From the NCBI GenBank assembly GCA_002269645.1, contig NIVC01000109.1, forward strand, positions 186,001 to 250,000: DNA of 64,000 nt, given 5' to 3'. Positions within the stretch are counted from its first letter, which is position 1, and every line of letters begins with the position of its first letter. Under the pieces are notes generated by a model. It did not search any database. It was not told the origin of the DNA and saw only the letters and a program-made list of their open reading frames with translations. The stretch comes from Macrostomum lignano. Taxonomy: Eukaryota. Below are positions 1 to 13,400 of this stretch, in pieces. The translations under genes were made by a program, and so were the position numbers.

Positions 1-188
1 TAGTTGGTTAGTTAGTTAGTTATTTAGTCAATTAGTTAGTTAGTTAGTTAGTTAGTCAGTTAGTTAGTTAGTTAGTTAGTTGGTTAGTTAGTCAGTTAGT
101 TGGTTAGTTAGTCAGTTAGTTAGTTAGTTAGTTGGTTAGTTAGTCACTTAGTTAGTTGGTTAGTTAGTCAGTTAGTCAGTCAGTCAGT
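1..188. repeat. (TAGT)n microsatellite with TGGT/CAGT variants
   Basis: Directly visible tetramer repeat running off the window start. Confidence 0.95.
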
Positions 189-649
189 CGCAGCAACAGC
201 TGCAGTCGCGCAACCCAAGCGGTGATGCATAAGAAACGCAGTCCCGCTCTTCTCCACCCAGCTCCCTACACGGCCCTGCACAGAACCAGCCTGCAGCCGA
301 CCAAAATTATTGCTGTTAAGCTGCTTGGCTGCCTCCTGCCAGCCTCCGGCTGAGAGACGATGGGCCTGCACTGAGTTTTTAACCTCCCCCACAAGCCATA
401 TTAGTTTTTTCTGGTATTTTTGTAATCAATTCAAATTCCCCAGACATTCGGGGAGCACCCCATCCTACTCGTAAGCCAAGCGGGATAAGTGCGCCAATCC
501 AGGCACACGCTTCTATTATCGTTTTTTATTTGATTCGGAAATGAGAACGACCGAAAACTCCATGAAAAAAACGATTTTGAGACTGAAGAATCAAATTTTA
601 TTCACAGAATTCGGAGCCTTCAATATCTTTCAGTGAAGCACGAAGCTGG

Positions 650-1056
650 GAAGCGCAGGTGATAAACATGAGTTGGAACAAGCACACAGGTGTTTAAGCA
701 TGATTGTGAACGAGCACGCAGGTGTTTAAGCATGGTTGTTAACAAGCACGCAGGTGTTTAGTTTAAGCATGATTGTCAACAAGCACGCAGGTGGTTAAGC
801 ATGGTTGTTAACAAGCATGCAGGTGTTTAAGCATGGTTGTTAACAAGCACACAGGTGTTTAAGCATGATTGTGAACAAGCACGCAGGTGTTTAAGCATGA
901 TTCTGAACAAGCACACAGGTGTTTAAGCATGATTGTGAACAAGCACGCAGGTGTTTAAGCATGATTGTGAACAAGCACACAGGTGTTTAAGCATGATTGT
1001 GAACAAGCACGCAGGTGTTTAAGCATGGTTATCAACAAGCGCGCAGGTGTTTAAGT
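650..1056. repeat. 32-bp minisatellite (about 12 units)
   Basis: Unit GTGTTTAAGCATGATTGTGAACAAGCACGCAG. Confidence 0.93.
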
Positions 1057-3677
1057 GCATGTCACGCTTTATAAGCATTCTTGAAATTTCTACATTCAGG
1101 TACACTTTTCCCTTAGCTTTAAATTAGCTTATTAGCTAAATAAAGTTACATGCAATATGCAAATGGAAACAATCACAGACCTTACTAAGACATTTGCCCC
1201 TTCTTAACGAGCAGCCCTTAAAGTCCCTCCCTGCATCAACGGATCATGCCGACGAATCTCGGTGGAAAGGTGAAGCTGGGCCGCTGCGCCTCTCATCTTT
1301 GATATTCAAGCAGCCGAAAGGCAGAAATAAAATGGCAGAAACTTTCTTCCGCTCCTCCAGAAGATAAAACGGATTACAATTTAGAAGTCTGATAATTTCC
1401 ACGCTCTGGCATCATCAGCAACCCGGCAGGGGGGGGGGATGGTTGGGATTCTTTTCCCACTTTTCCTACTCCGCTCCCCAATTTTCGTGGTCATGGCGGG
1501 GCTCTCGCTTCAATTATCCCCCGAAAGATTGAGGGCTGCACGCGAGCAGGAGAGAGAGAGAGGGAGATGTAAGCAGAGAGATTTCACCGCGGAAAGAATC
1601 AATGTTCTTTTGCGTCGGGCCGTTGGGGTTAGGGTTGCACTGCTTGGCCCTGACCATTGCGTAGTAGCCCACAGGTAGACAGACACCTTAAGCTGATGTC
1701 GGTTCTGCAGCTTGGCGTTGAAAGCAATTCACCCCACACCCCGTGTATTACCCCTTAGATTAGAGAAAGTTCATCGAATTACGCGATGAAGGAGCGGCTT
1801 GCCGAATCCTCCCGAGGTGAGAGAGGAGAAGGGCGAAACTCTTAACTGCGCATATTGGCCGGGCTGTGTGGAATGGCGATCAGTTATTGGAAAAATTCCA
1901 CACCTTGTTAGGATTGCGCAGCCTATATTGGGTGTTATAAAAGTTGCCATCCGCAAAAAAGAACACCACATCAGCTTCAAAGATGAAGCACCCCTTTATA
2001 TACGATGGAAAAACTTGTACAGGCTCGGCTCGCTCGGCCTTAGCCAAAAATGTAATGAGGGGTCACCCGAGGTCATTAGAATCACGCACAGCAACATGTA
2101 TGCCTGATTCTCAATTAAAATTGCCATACGCAGACATGAGCAGATGGCGGGACACCAAGCGCAAAACACACAACGGGCATATGCATATTTTTTGTCGGGA
2201 CAGAATGGGAAGCGCAGATCGGTGGCGATCCTTTCCTGATCTCGCCAGATTGCCTGGTCCGAGCCGCAATTAAATATGCATCAGGGCCTGCAGCGGCCTG
2301 CCTTCAGATATGGGAGATAAGAGATAAAAACTGATACGGGGAACCGCCGCCGCCGCGAGTCTCATGTAAAGCAATTGCAGAAGGACAAATAGCAGGGATT
2401 AGCGGCTAGAGCATAGCAATGCTATATATACTATATACTACTAGCTAGCCAAACAAAATTAAGCAATCCAAGTTACGTAACATCACAGCGCACACAGATC
2501 TATTGAGATGGCTTTGAGAACGACACAATAACTGTGCTAATTAATGTGCTAATTAAACTATTGAAAGTTATTCCAAAATACCTAGACCCGGAAATTAAAT
2601 AACAGCGTCGTGTCGTATTGCAAAATGTTTCTTTTGCAAGATGGGAAACGACTGCAAGGACATTGCAAGGAACGAAGCAACGCAGAGAAGTAGCCACCCA
2701 TTCGGATCGTTAAGATACTCAAGGATTCTGCCGATAGTCGAATATTTTTCCCATAAGTACTAGGCGGAGCTCCTGGACCTTCAACAGGTGGCACCAGGTG
2801 ACTGCCTCCTCAACATGCCTCCCAAGCAACCAGTCATCATCCTGACAGCGTCGGCAACTTTAGCCGGTATTACCGGGCGACTATGGACACCCTGCTGCTA
2901 TTATGTAGAGTTAAAATGGCCTGAATTCCCTGTTGTTAATGCAGAACCTACTGCTCCGGCAGCTAGTTAAAATAAAACATGAAAGCGAAATTTCCAAAGA
3001 GAAAAAAGTATCGAATCTATTTCACTCGAATTTCCGTCTCTGCCGCTCCGTGTAACAAGTTGCACTAAGGCCTAACCACTGACAGGAGTTTTTCATCATC
3101 ATTAGTTACTGACGCCAAGGATCACTAAAGTCAATATCTGGCTAGTTTTGCCTTTATTCCATTCCAGACACTAGATAAATCCGAAAAGTCCCTGGCCAGG
3201 CTGTGGTTCCTGGCTGCATATTAGTCATCCAGTCTTACCCCAGTTAACAGACCATAAATAATCAACAAGCGCGCTGTCGCTCCGCATTTGCCCATTCGGC
3301 CAAGATTGATTGGTAGGTAAGGAGGACAGGTAGCCTATACCTAACCGTAATGCACCACTGACTAAAGTCAAAGAAATTAAGCAAGAAAACACAAGGAGAA
3401 TAAGGCAACAATTGAAATGCAAGAGTTTTCAATAGCAAAAGTTTCTCTATTTCATTGTATTATATGCAAAATAAACGCCAAATAAAAAACTAACTTTCGA
3501 GAAGCCGGAGCCGATTACTACTAGAGAGTAGACAGTAGAGTGTGTTGCTTTAGGATCAATAAGATAACTTCCAAATCATGATAGAGTCAATTACAGACCA
3601 AGCACTAATTTTTGGTTTCACATTAAGAGGGATTGATATTGCCATATCAGTTTATCAACTGAAGCGATTAAGCACTT

Positions 3678-4470
3678 TAAAACACCCACCCCACCTCTTG
3701 ACCAAGGAAAATAAAACACTGCCGCACAACCACCCCACTTCTTTATCCAGGACAATAAAACACTGCCGCACAACCACCCCACTTCTTTATCCAGGACAAT
3801 AAAACACTGCCGCACAACCACCCCATTTCTTTATCCAGGACAATAAAACACTGCCGCACAACCACCCCACTTCTTTATCCAGGACAATAAAACACTGCCG
3901 CACAACCACCCCATTTCTTTATCCAGGACAATAAAACACTGCCGCAAACCACCCCACTTCTTTATCCAGGACAATAAAACACTGCCGCACAACCACCCCA
4001 CTTCTTTATCCAGGACAATAAAACACTGCCGCACAACCACCCCACTTCTTTATCCAGGACAATAAAACACTGCCGCAAACCACCCCACTTCTTTATCCAG
4101 GACAATAAAACACTGCCGCACAACCACCCCACTTCTTTATCCAGGACAATAAAACACTGCCGCACAACCACCCCATTTCTTTAACCAGAGTTTTTTCAGT
4201 TTTGCCTCCGTTCTTGTTTTGTCTACACTGATCCGTTGCTTAGCTGCCACAGAAACCAGGTGTCCTAGCACTGCGTAGGTTATGATGCCTAGCCTGGACT
4301 TCAGTTGCTGCTTAATGCTTAATGCCATGAATCAAAGGTTCATGGCATTAAACCCCATTTCTTTATCCAGGACAATAAAACACTGCCGCACAACCATCCC
4401 ACTTCTTTATCCAGGACAATAAAACACTGCCGCACAACCACCCCACCTCTTTACCCAGGGCAATAAAACA
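3678..4470. repeat. 44-bp minisatellite abutting the DARS2 stop codon, interrupted at about 4181-4351
   Basis: Unit ATAAAACACTGCCGCACAACCACCCCACTTCTTTATCCAGGACA; period 44 (3721 to 3765). Confidence 0.95.
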
Positions 4471-4474
4471 CCTA

Positions 4475-7400
4475 TTAGTTAGAACAATCAGTTTGTTCAG
4501 CAGCCGGCCGCAGTCGGTAGTAATCCAAAGTGTTGGCATCGATAAGAGCGGGCGCCCCGCTGAGCAGGCAGCGGCCCTCTTGGGTTTTGGGAAAGGCCAT
4601 GCAGTCGGCAATGCAGTCGGCCCCGGTTAGCAGGCTCACCAGCCGGTCAACGCCCAGAGCGATGCCAACATGCGGAGGAGCACCGTGGCCCAGAGCCTCG
4701 ATAAGGTGACGCATCGGTTCCGGGTCGAGGCCAAGAACCTGGGTTTGTAATACGATTGACACTATTAACAAGATTGTAAATAAATCGATTTTTTTGATTC
4801 CAAATCTTTTTGGACCTTAAAATCTCAATTTTACCTTTTGGGGCTTCCGAATCTCACTGTCCGAGTTCAAAATCTCACTTTCTGGGTTCCTAATCCCACT
4901 TTTAGGGTCCCGAATCTCACTTTTAGGGTTCCGAGTCTCACTTTTAGGGTTCCGAATCTCACTTTTAGGGTTCCGAATCTCACTTTCTGGGTTCTTAATC
5001 CCACTTTTAGGGTCCCAAATTTCACTTTTAGGGTTCCGAATCCCACTTTTAGGGTCCAGAATCTCACTTTTAGGATTCCGAGTCTCACTTTTAGGGTTCC
5101 GAATCTCACTTTTAGGGTTCCGAATCCCACTTTTAGGGTCCCGAATCTCACTTTTAGGGTTCCGAATCCCACTTTTAGGGTTCCGAGTCTCACTTTCTGG
5201 GTTCCTAATTCCACTTTTAGGGTTCCTAATTCCACTTTTAGGGTCCCGAATCTCACGTTTAGGGTCCCGAATCTCACTTTTAGGGTCCCAAATCTCACTT
5301 TTAGGATTCCGAGCCTCACTTTTAGGGTCCCGAGTCTCACTTTCTGGGTTCCTAATTCCACTTTTAGGGTCCCGAATCACACTTTTAGGGTTCCGAGTCT
5401 CACTTTTAGGGTTCCGAATCTCAATTTTAGAGTCCTGAATCCCAATTTTAGGGTCCCGAATCTCACTTTTAGGGTTCCGAGTCTCACTTTTAGGGTTCCG
5501 AGTCTCACTTTTAGGGTCCCGAATCTCACTTTTAGGGTTCCGAGTCTCACTTTTAGGGTTCCGAGTCTCACTTTTAGGGTCCCGAATCTCACTTTTAGGA
5601 TTCCGAGTCTCATTTTTAGGGTTCAGAGTTTCACTCTCTGAGTTCCGAGTCTTATTTTTAGGATTTTAAATCAATTCTGGATTCCAAATACTTTTTCTTA
5701 GCTTCTAAAATTCAGATTACTTAATTTCTGAATTCCGCGGTGTTGCTTTAAAATCTCACAATCTGTATCTCGCATCCTAACTCCACTTCCAATACCGAAG
5801 CCCGATAGCAACAATCCAAGCTAGCAAATCACTTTTTCTAGCACCAGTTTCTGCAATCGGGGATCGTGAATCCGAACCGAACCGCCGCCCAGCTCGCAGC
5901 CGTTGCACACCAGATCAAAGTGCCGGCCGATCATCTCGGCAGGCGGCAGCTCGCCGGACAATAATCCATCCAGATGCTCTGGCACCGGAGCGGTGAACGG
6001 ATGATGGCAGCTGCGCAGCCGGCTATTGGAGTCATTGTCGGCCTCGAACAGGGGGAACTGGTCGACCCAGATTAGGCGCCAGTCGCGCCAGTCCAAGGCA
6101 GGCAGCGAACCCGTTGAAACCAGGGCGGAGTGGAGGGCCAATCGAGCGGCGGCCACCTGCGAGCCAATCTGGGATTCTGGGCCGTGCAGCACCTGTGGCG
6201 GGGTGAGGATAGACCGAGTGATGAGGTGAGGGTTATGAGTGATAAACAGACACAGAATTACATGAGCGAGACACTGGGGTGCACCAAATGTTCACGCACG
6301 GTATGGCTATAAAAGTGGATCTAGATATGACAAAAGGTGGGAAAATGGCAAAATTACAATGGCAACGACAAAAATGGGGTAGTTGGGAAGGACATGACGA
6401 GATTCCAGATGAGATCTAGATATTGAAGGCGGAGATTAGAGATTAGATCTAGACACACAAGGGAAGATTCTATGAGATTATTGTTAGATGAAATATATGA
6501 AAAGACTGTAGATAAAATCTATAGGGAGATTTTAGATAAGATTTATGAGGAGGATTCGAAAGAGATCTATAGGGAGATTCCAACGAGATCTTTAGGGAGA
6601 TTCAGTGAGATCTGTGGGGAGATTTCAATGAAATCTATAGGGAGATTCCAATGAGATCTATAGGGAGATTCCAATAAAATATATAGGGAGATTCCAACGA
6701 GATCGTTAGGGAGATTCAGTGAGATCTGTGGGGGGATTTCAATGAAATCTTTAGAGATCCCAATAAGATCTGTAAGGAGATTCCAGTGAGATCTATAGGG
6801 AGATTCCAATGAGATCCATAGGGAGATTCCAGTGAGATCTATAGGGAGATTCCAATGAGATCCATAGGGAGATTCCAATGAGATCTATGAGAAGGAGTTC
6901 CAATGAGAAGGCGTTGCGCCAGGGAGCTCACAACCTTTCTGCAATTATTATCATTATTAATATTAAAATTCGCTCACCAGATCGTCGTCAGCCACACCGC
7001 AGCAGTCAGCCAGTCCCACGAGAGTCTCATTTCGAAAAGTTTTCCCATCGCTGAGTTGCCAGCCGGCGGCAAGCGGCGACTCAGCCAAGGCCTGTCGAAG
7101 CGCATCAACAGACGGCAGAGTCAATTGTCGACCATCGGTCAGCTCGTCGGCGCTGACGCGAAAGCCGACAACAGTAACCGACGATGGCAGAGTCCATCGC
7201 TGTGCTGTCAGTCCGAACCTGGTGTCGGGCTTGTCTGTGCCGTAGCGAAGCATGGCGTCGGCGTAGGAGATTCGCTGGAACGGCTGGCTGGGCGGCCGTG
7301 GCAGCCGCTCGCCGTTGAAGTCGGTCGGCCAGGCGGCTAATAGGGCGGCCTCGACTAGCGGCCGAATGTCCGAGTCATCGGCGAAGGACATTTCAAGGTC

Positions 7401-10400
7401 GAGCTGGGTAAACTCCGGCTGCCTGAGCGGTTTGGCAGTTAGGAAAGGGTTTGAGGCGATTTTTAGGGTAGATTTGCATTACCTATCCTGACGAACTGCT
7501 AGCCTTATACAACCTACTACTTAGCCCAGCAAATGCTCAACAACACAGACTTAGAAGATATACGGGAATATTATCAGCTTTTTATACTACTTTTAGTAAG
7601 AACATAATGTTCTTACGCATTGAAACGTACATGCAACGTGTTAACACTTGCGCCTGTGTGCACATACATTAACTAGAATTGTCTGGTGATTTGGATAGAC
7701 GGACAGAACTTTCCACTGTCCCATTGAAGACAAATTTTGTTTAATTCTCTTCAGGGTACGCTGGCCATCATATGTGCATGAAGTTTGTATAACCTGCAGT
7801 ATAAGACGGGTTAAACTATTTACGGCTCGAGGTTAATCAAACAGCATGAAACCAATGTTGTGTTAATTGAAATCCGGCTGAGGATCAAAAGCAAGCTCGC
7901 ATTATTTCTTTGGAGGTGGCAGAGCAAGAGGAAGTGCTGTATAAGGCTGCCCCTCTTCTGAAGATGTTCCTGGTGTTGAGCTGCCTGAATTAGATACAGC
8001 TTTCCTTGACGAGTTCAGTTTGGAACTTCAGGAAAAGGAGAAAACGCGAATGCAAAAACGGCCTCCCACGAAGATACTGAGAGCGACTTCAGCCCCGCCG
8101 AGCCCTGTGTGAGCTTGTCGATGCTGTGAACACCTACACGAGGTGGCAAGCATAGACGCGCACACAGAAAACCGTAATGCGGTAACAAAAATGCCGCAGC
8201 AAAAGTGGATGGGCTCCACATGCAACCTTCCCGATGGAGCGAGCAGTTACGGTGGTGTGCATGAGGCGAGGAGATTAGAGGATATCGAAGCAATTAATGT
8301 ACTACCGGAGACGCAACATGGATTCCGCCAAAACATATCCACCGACAACGGCGGCAAACTTCATCCGGGTGCAGGAGGTGTTAAATAATCAGAGAAGGAG
8401 TGCACAGACAGACCGAGAGGATGACCCAGCGGCAAGATTGGAGACAGGGTTACGTACCTAAGAGGTTTTGAAGAAGCGAAAGCGAAAGCGAGACGTGATG
8501 ATGAACGTAGACCCTGTCACCAGCCTATGACTGACGCAAGCACAAAGTGTGAAATATGCGGTCTGAAATGCAGGACCAAAGGAGGACTAAAACGTCACCA
8601 GCTAGCGAAGTATCGCACAAGGAGAGCTGACTGGAAACGCTGTGAGAAATGTGGAATTTACTAATCACTCTTGAATATTCATAAGTGAATTTACTATCAC
8701 TCTTGAAGAATGGCAACTTTTAGCGCATTGGTAAAGCATCTCAACGGCAGCCAGTTCAACGGCAATGAGTGTGACCGACTGCTTGGTGGAGATCCTTGCT
8801 GACCACGCTGCCTTCAGCGGAGTGCCTGTCGCCCATGCATTCAGCTGTTTGCGAGCTGTCCAGCAGAAGGGCTTCGGCCAGCAACTGCTTGAAGGCTACG
8901 ATGCGGCAATCAAGGAGTTTGAGGCGGCATACCACGTTCTGACCATCAACATTAATCCAAAAGCCGACGCCCTCATCGACCAAGTGCCGCAGTTTTTGGA
9001 GGCGATGGCAGTCTAGTCTGGCCGAGGATTGAGTTGGGTTTTGGTCTGAGCAGGCGATAGAGTCGGCACATAGCGACTTCAGCGACACGTGGAGTCAACG
9101 GTTCAATGTGGATGCAACTCATCCTGAGTATGCTCGGAGTTTGCTCAGGTGAATTATGGTGTACAGCTCGCGGCATCAGTAAACGAGGCTACTGTGTTCG
9201 TTATAATGTAAGCAGTTCTGCTGAAGGTGCAATAATATCAGAGTTGCTTTAAAACCAATTCGTGCCACCGTTATCTTGTTTTGTATGAGCATATTTCATA
9301 CTGCTTTTTAGTTATATTTTCAGTTTCTTTTTGTAACTTTCTATTGCTTTAACACAATAACTCGTTTTCAATTTAGCTATTAACTGTATGTAGCGATGCA
9401 AACTAATTATACAATAAACCAAACGAAAAAAATTATATACGACAAGGAGATGCTGGCTGTCGGAACGGTTGTGCGTTTTGGAAAAGAAAACGCACACTGA
9501 CAAGACATGGCTTGCAATTTTATGAATACATTGAAGGAGGTGCGGCAATGGGCCGAAGGATCCTGAAAAGATTGAGCCTCCTATGAATTCATTTACTATA
9601 AATAAAATACTTAAAGCAAAAAACTCGCTTTAAAATACTAGAAGTTGCGTTAAGATCAAAATTAAATGTTTCATTAATCCACTTTCAAATGTACTTGCAC
9701 TGTAATGCACTACAAACTCAGCACTATAGATTATGCCATATACCGTGTGTAGTAGGTGTCGATCAGAGAATATTTATGATTATAAAAATCCGAATTATAA
9801 TTGTGCTGTGTTGCACCCTTCCAGTCTACCCTGCCCTTCTGTTGTCCCCTTGTGTTTGTGTTTTCGTGCTACCCCACCCTGTCTCGCGCCTGTGCCAGGG
9901 TTTGTGAGAGGCGTAAACCTCTGTCAGTCCCTGTCCAATCTGTGCGCTTGCTACACCTCTCCCTCTTTGCCCCACCCCACTCTGGGCCGCTCGCATTGGC
10001 TGGCGAGCTGATAAACTGCCAGAGGTCCCAGGTTTTTGCTCGCCCCTCTCCTTCCACTGTTCGTTCTGCGCTCCACTGTTCTGTTTTTAGTTGCCGCTCT
10101 CGGCCAATTGCGTCCGTTTTGTCGTCTCCACAGTTTGCGTTCGCTGTTCAAATAGACACTATCCGCTTGGTCGCGGATGCTAGAATTGAAAGCAGAGGTA
10201 AGCTCATGCTTCTTTCTCCTGGGTTTGCCGCGAGTGGCCGGTGGAATTGAGTGCGGGACCTGCGATCGGCGAACTCTCGCCGGGTCAGTCAGGGCGCGTA
10301 GGCTTAACTAGGGTTGGGGCTGGGACCTGGGTGTCCGGCGGGTGGACCCGCTCACCATTCCGTTGGCCATAGGCCAAGACACAACAAAGTGCTGCCGTGA

Positions 10401-13400
10401 TCAGGATTCCGGTTCTCTCCCCTGCTGTCCTAGCGCGTGCGTTTGAGTGTGGGTTGTCTCGGCAGGCAGTTTAGTTTTGAGCCTCTGTATCTTGTTTGTT
10501 CCGGCTGTCTCGGAGCTGTCGTGTTTGCCTCTTTAGTCATGGCTAATTTAGATGATCTACTAATTGACTCGGTGCGTCTGCAAAATGAGCTTAATGTGGC
10601 ACACCGGGTGCAAAGGCCAAATAAGTATGTGCCCACGCAGGACTTTGGCCTTTAAATGCAGCAGTTCACAGGGTATTGCGAAGCGGTCCATATTCTAGAG
10701 GACCAGCGCAAGCAGGCGCAGCTTTCGCCAAGGCTACGGCAAAGTCTGGCGCCCGGCGCTCTATGCCAACTTGGCCAGGATGGAGATCCCGGCCCACGTC
10801 ATTAACTTCATCAAGAGCCTTCTGACTGACCGGAGAGCGAGAGTGAGATGGGACGACGCGATGTCCAACTGGAGGGTCTTCACTGATGGCCTGCCACAGG
10901 GCTCCGTGATCACCCCACTCCTCTGGCTGATCTATGTCAACGACATCAACCAGAACCTGGACACATCGGTCCACCGGTCATTGTTCGCCGATGACTCAGC
11001 GCTGCTTGCGACTGGCCGCAGCCTGCACGACTGTGCCGCCTCGCTACAACCGGCGATAGACACCATAGTCGCCTGGACTTGTGAACTCAGCACAAGCAAA
11101 TGCAGCTTCTCAACCTTCACGCTGAACCTCCGCTTGCCTGTGAGCCGGCACCCACCTTTCTCGGACTCAAACTCATAGACCAATTAACCTTCGCCCTACG
11201 TCATGTCCAAAATGGCAAACCGCCATAACTGTCGCATCAATATTGCTGGTAAATCATATGGCGCCAACCTGAAAACTCTCCGAGCGGCCTACACCGCGTA
11301 CATCCGCTCGGTTTTAGACTATGGGGCGGCCATCTACTTCATACACGCGGCGCCTTCGGTCCGGGAGAAGCTGGAAGCGAAGCAGCACAAATGCGCCAGA
11401 GTGATGACCGGTTGCCTTAGCATCACCAACCAGAGAGCCCTGCTCGCTGAAGCCGAACTCCCGGCCCTCTACATCTAGGCCCTGGAGCGAACCGCCAACA
11501 AGCTCCTCCGCATTACCCACATCCCTGAGTCCGACCTGGCGAGGCAACTCCTTGAGACCACCACGAGACCGCGCCTGCTCTCCCGCGCCCACGAAGCCTG
11601 GTGCAGTCTTGACGAAAAAACTCGGGAGCTGAACGCCGCTCAGTATGATGAGGAGAGTCGGCCAATGGCTACTGGACGCTGCCAACGCGCCTGTTGGAAC
11701 ACCGCTAGAAGCCCCCGACGGGTGCCCGCCCCGGTCCAGCCTCAACGCCGTCACCGACGCTACTGACCTCGGCCACCCTACTCGCCGCGACCACCCGCCA
11801 GACCTATTGTTTATCAGCCGACTATTATTACCCAGAGTGAAGTAAACAAGATGAAGTTGAAGATATCTCATTAAGAAGTGTTTGTTTTAATGAGACAATT
11901 AAAGAATGGGCAATCAAATTTAAAATAACGCATGCTGCTACTTCAGAGTAATTGAATTGACAGAGTCATATTCCAAACCTGCCCAAAATCAGCCAGGGCA
12001 CTTTTGAGCACACCGCGAGTCAATAAATAATAATAACATTACTAATATTGGTTCAATGCTCTCAAAGCTACAAGTGCAAATTAACATTGATGGACTCACT
12101 ATTTTTAAAGCTCAAAGCATGAACTTTGGTCTATCCTTGGTGCAGTTAATTCTGATGCACCATTTGTAATTGAAGTCTACTTTGGACCTGGTAGACCCAT
12201 ACTTAAGGCATTTTAACTCAGCCTATTTGTGACTTGAAAGAAATTGAAGATGTTAGCTTAATGTTCATTTGTGATTCAACAGCTAAAGCTTTTATCAAAG
12301 GTGTAAAGCGGCACAGAGGGTATTCATCATGTGATAACTGCACTGATTCTGGAACGCATGTAGGTCATGTTGTGGTTGATGAAATGACTAGTGCTCGTAC
12401 ACTTCGAACAGACAAATCAATTCTGGACATGGAAGATGAGGCTCATCATAATCAAGCATATCCTCAATTGGAACTCAAAATAGACATGATAAATATTTTC
12501 ATATGACTATATGCAACTAGTATGTCTAGGTGTAATGCGCTGTTTGCTTTTTTAGCGGATGCAAGGAGATCTTCCAAACAGACTTCCAAGTAGAACTGTC
12601 ACTCAGATCTCAGATTTTCTACTTTCATTTGTCCATATTTTCAAAGCTAAATGTGTTGGATTGCCACACATGAGCAGTATCGTTTTCATTTCTCTACATT
12701 CTTAATTTCATTGCTTCAGATGAACTTCCCAGTAGTGCAATTCCACAAGGATGAGACTGTGGAGTATGTAAGTGGAGCATGGATGGTTGGAAGAACACGA
12801 TGTTACTGGCCTAAGCGGACTGGACGCGAAGTGGCACGCCTGGGTACTAGTCGCCAGAGGAAGACTGCTCGCCACTGCCGACAAAAGGCTTTTCAAGGCT
12901 TTGATAATTTGACTACTGAAGCTGAAGATACTGAAGGGCCATGTCCTAAGCGCACCTAGTTCTAGCCAACTAGCTGATATTTTTGTAGATAGTAACCCTA
13001 CAAAACTTCAACTGCTGACTGGAGCACCATCAAAAAGCAGAACATCCAGCAGAACACTTTCAGCATGCCAGGTCCACCTGTTTTGCCTACTGCAATTGAT
13101 AAGTTTTTCTCTATTGGCATAACAGCATTCGAGGCTGTTACGTTAGAAAATCTTGTTTTTATCTAAAGACATATACGATGATTGCCTTATTTAAATCATT
13201 ATAGCAAACCTCTTTTCTGGAAATATTAGAACCAGTCAGTCCAGTTATGCAGACTTTTCTCTGTCAACACGCTCTCCTAATATGGCTAGAGAAGCTTCAG
13301 GTAAAAAAACATTTTTTTCAAAGTCCTGTTGTTTTATTTACTTTTTGTAACAGCTTTCTCCAAATATTTTCTGTAATATTTAGGTCAGCAGCACTCCACG

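Noticed and set aside
180-392. GC-rich 70-aa minus-strand ORF (WQEAAKQLN, Myb/SANT-like?)
   Set aside because: Too short, the similarity is too weak, and there is no supporting exon chain in the window.
1771-2273. ORFs faintly resembling retroelement RT/RNase H
   Set aside because: No diagnostic motif could be recovered by eye.
4817-5641. Long ORFs on both strands (187-267 aa)
   Set aside because: They are translations of a stop-free 21-bp repeat inside DARS2 intron 5.
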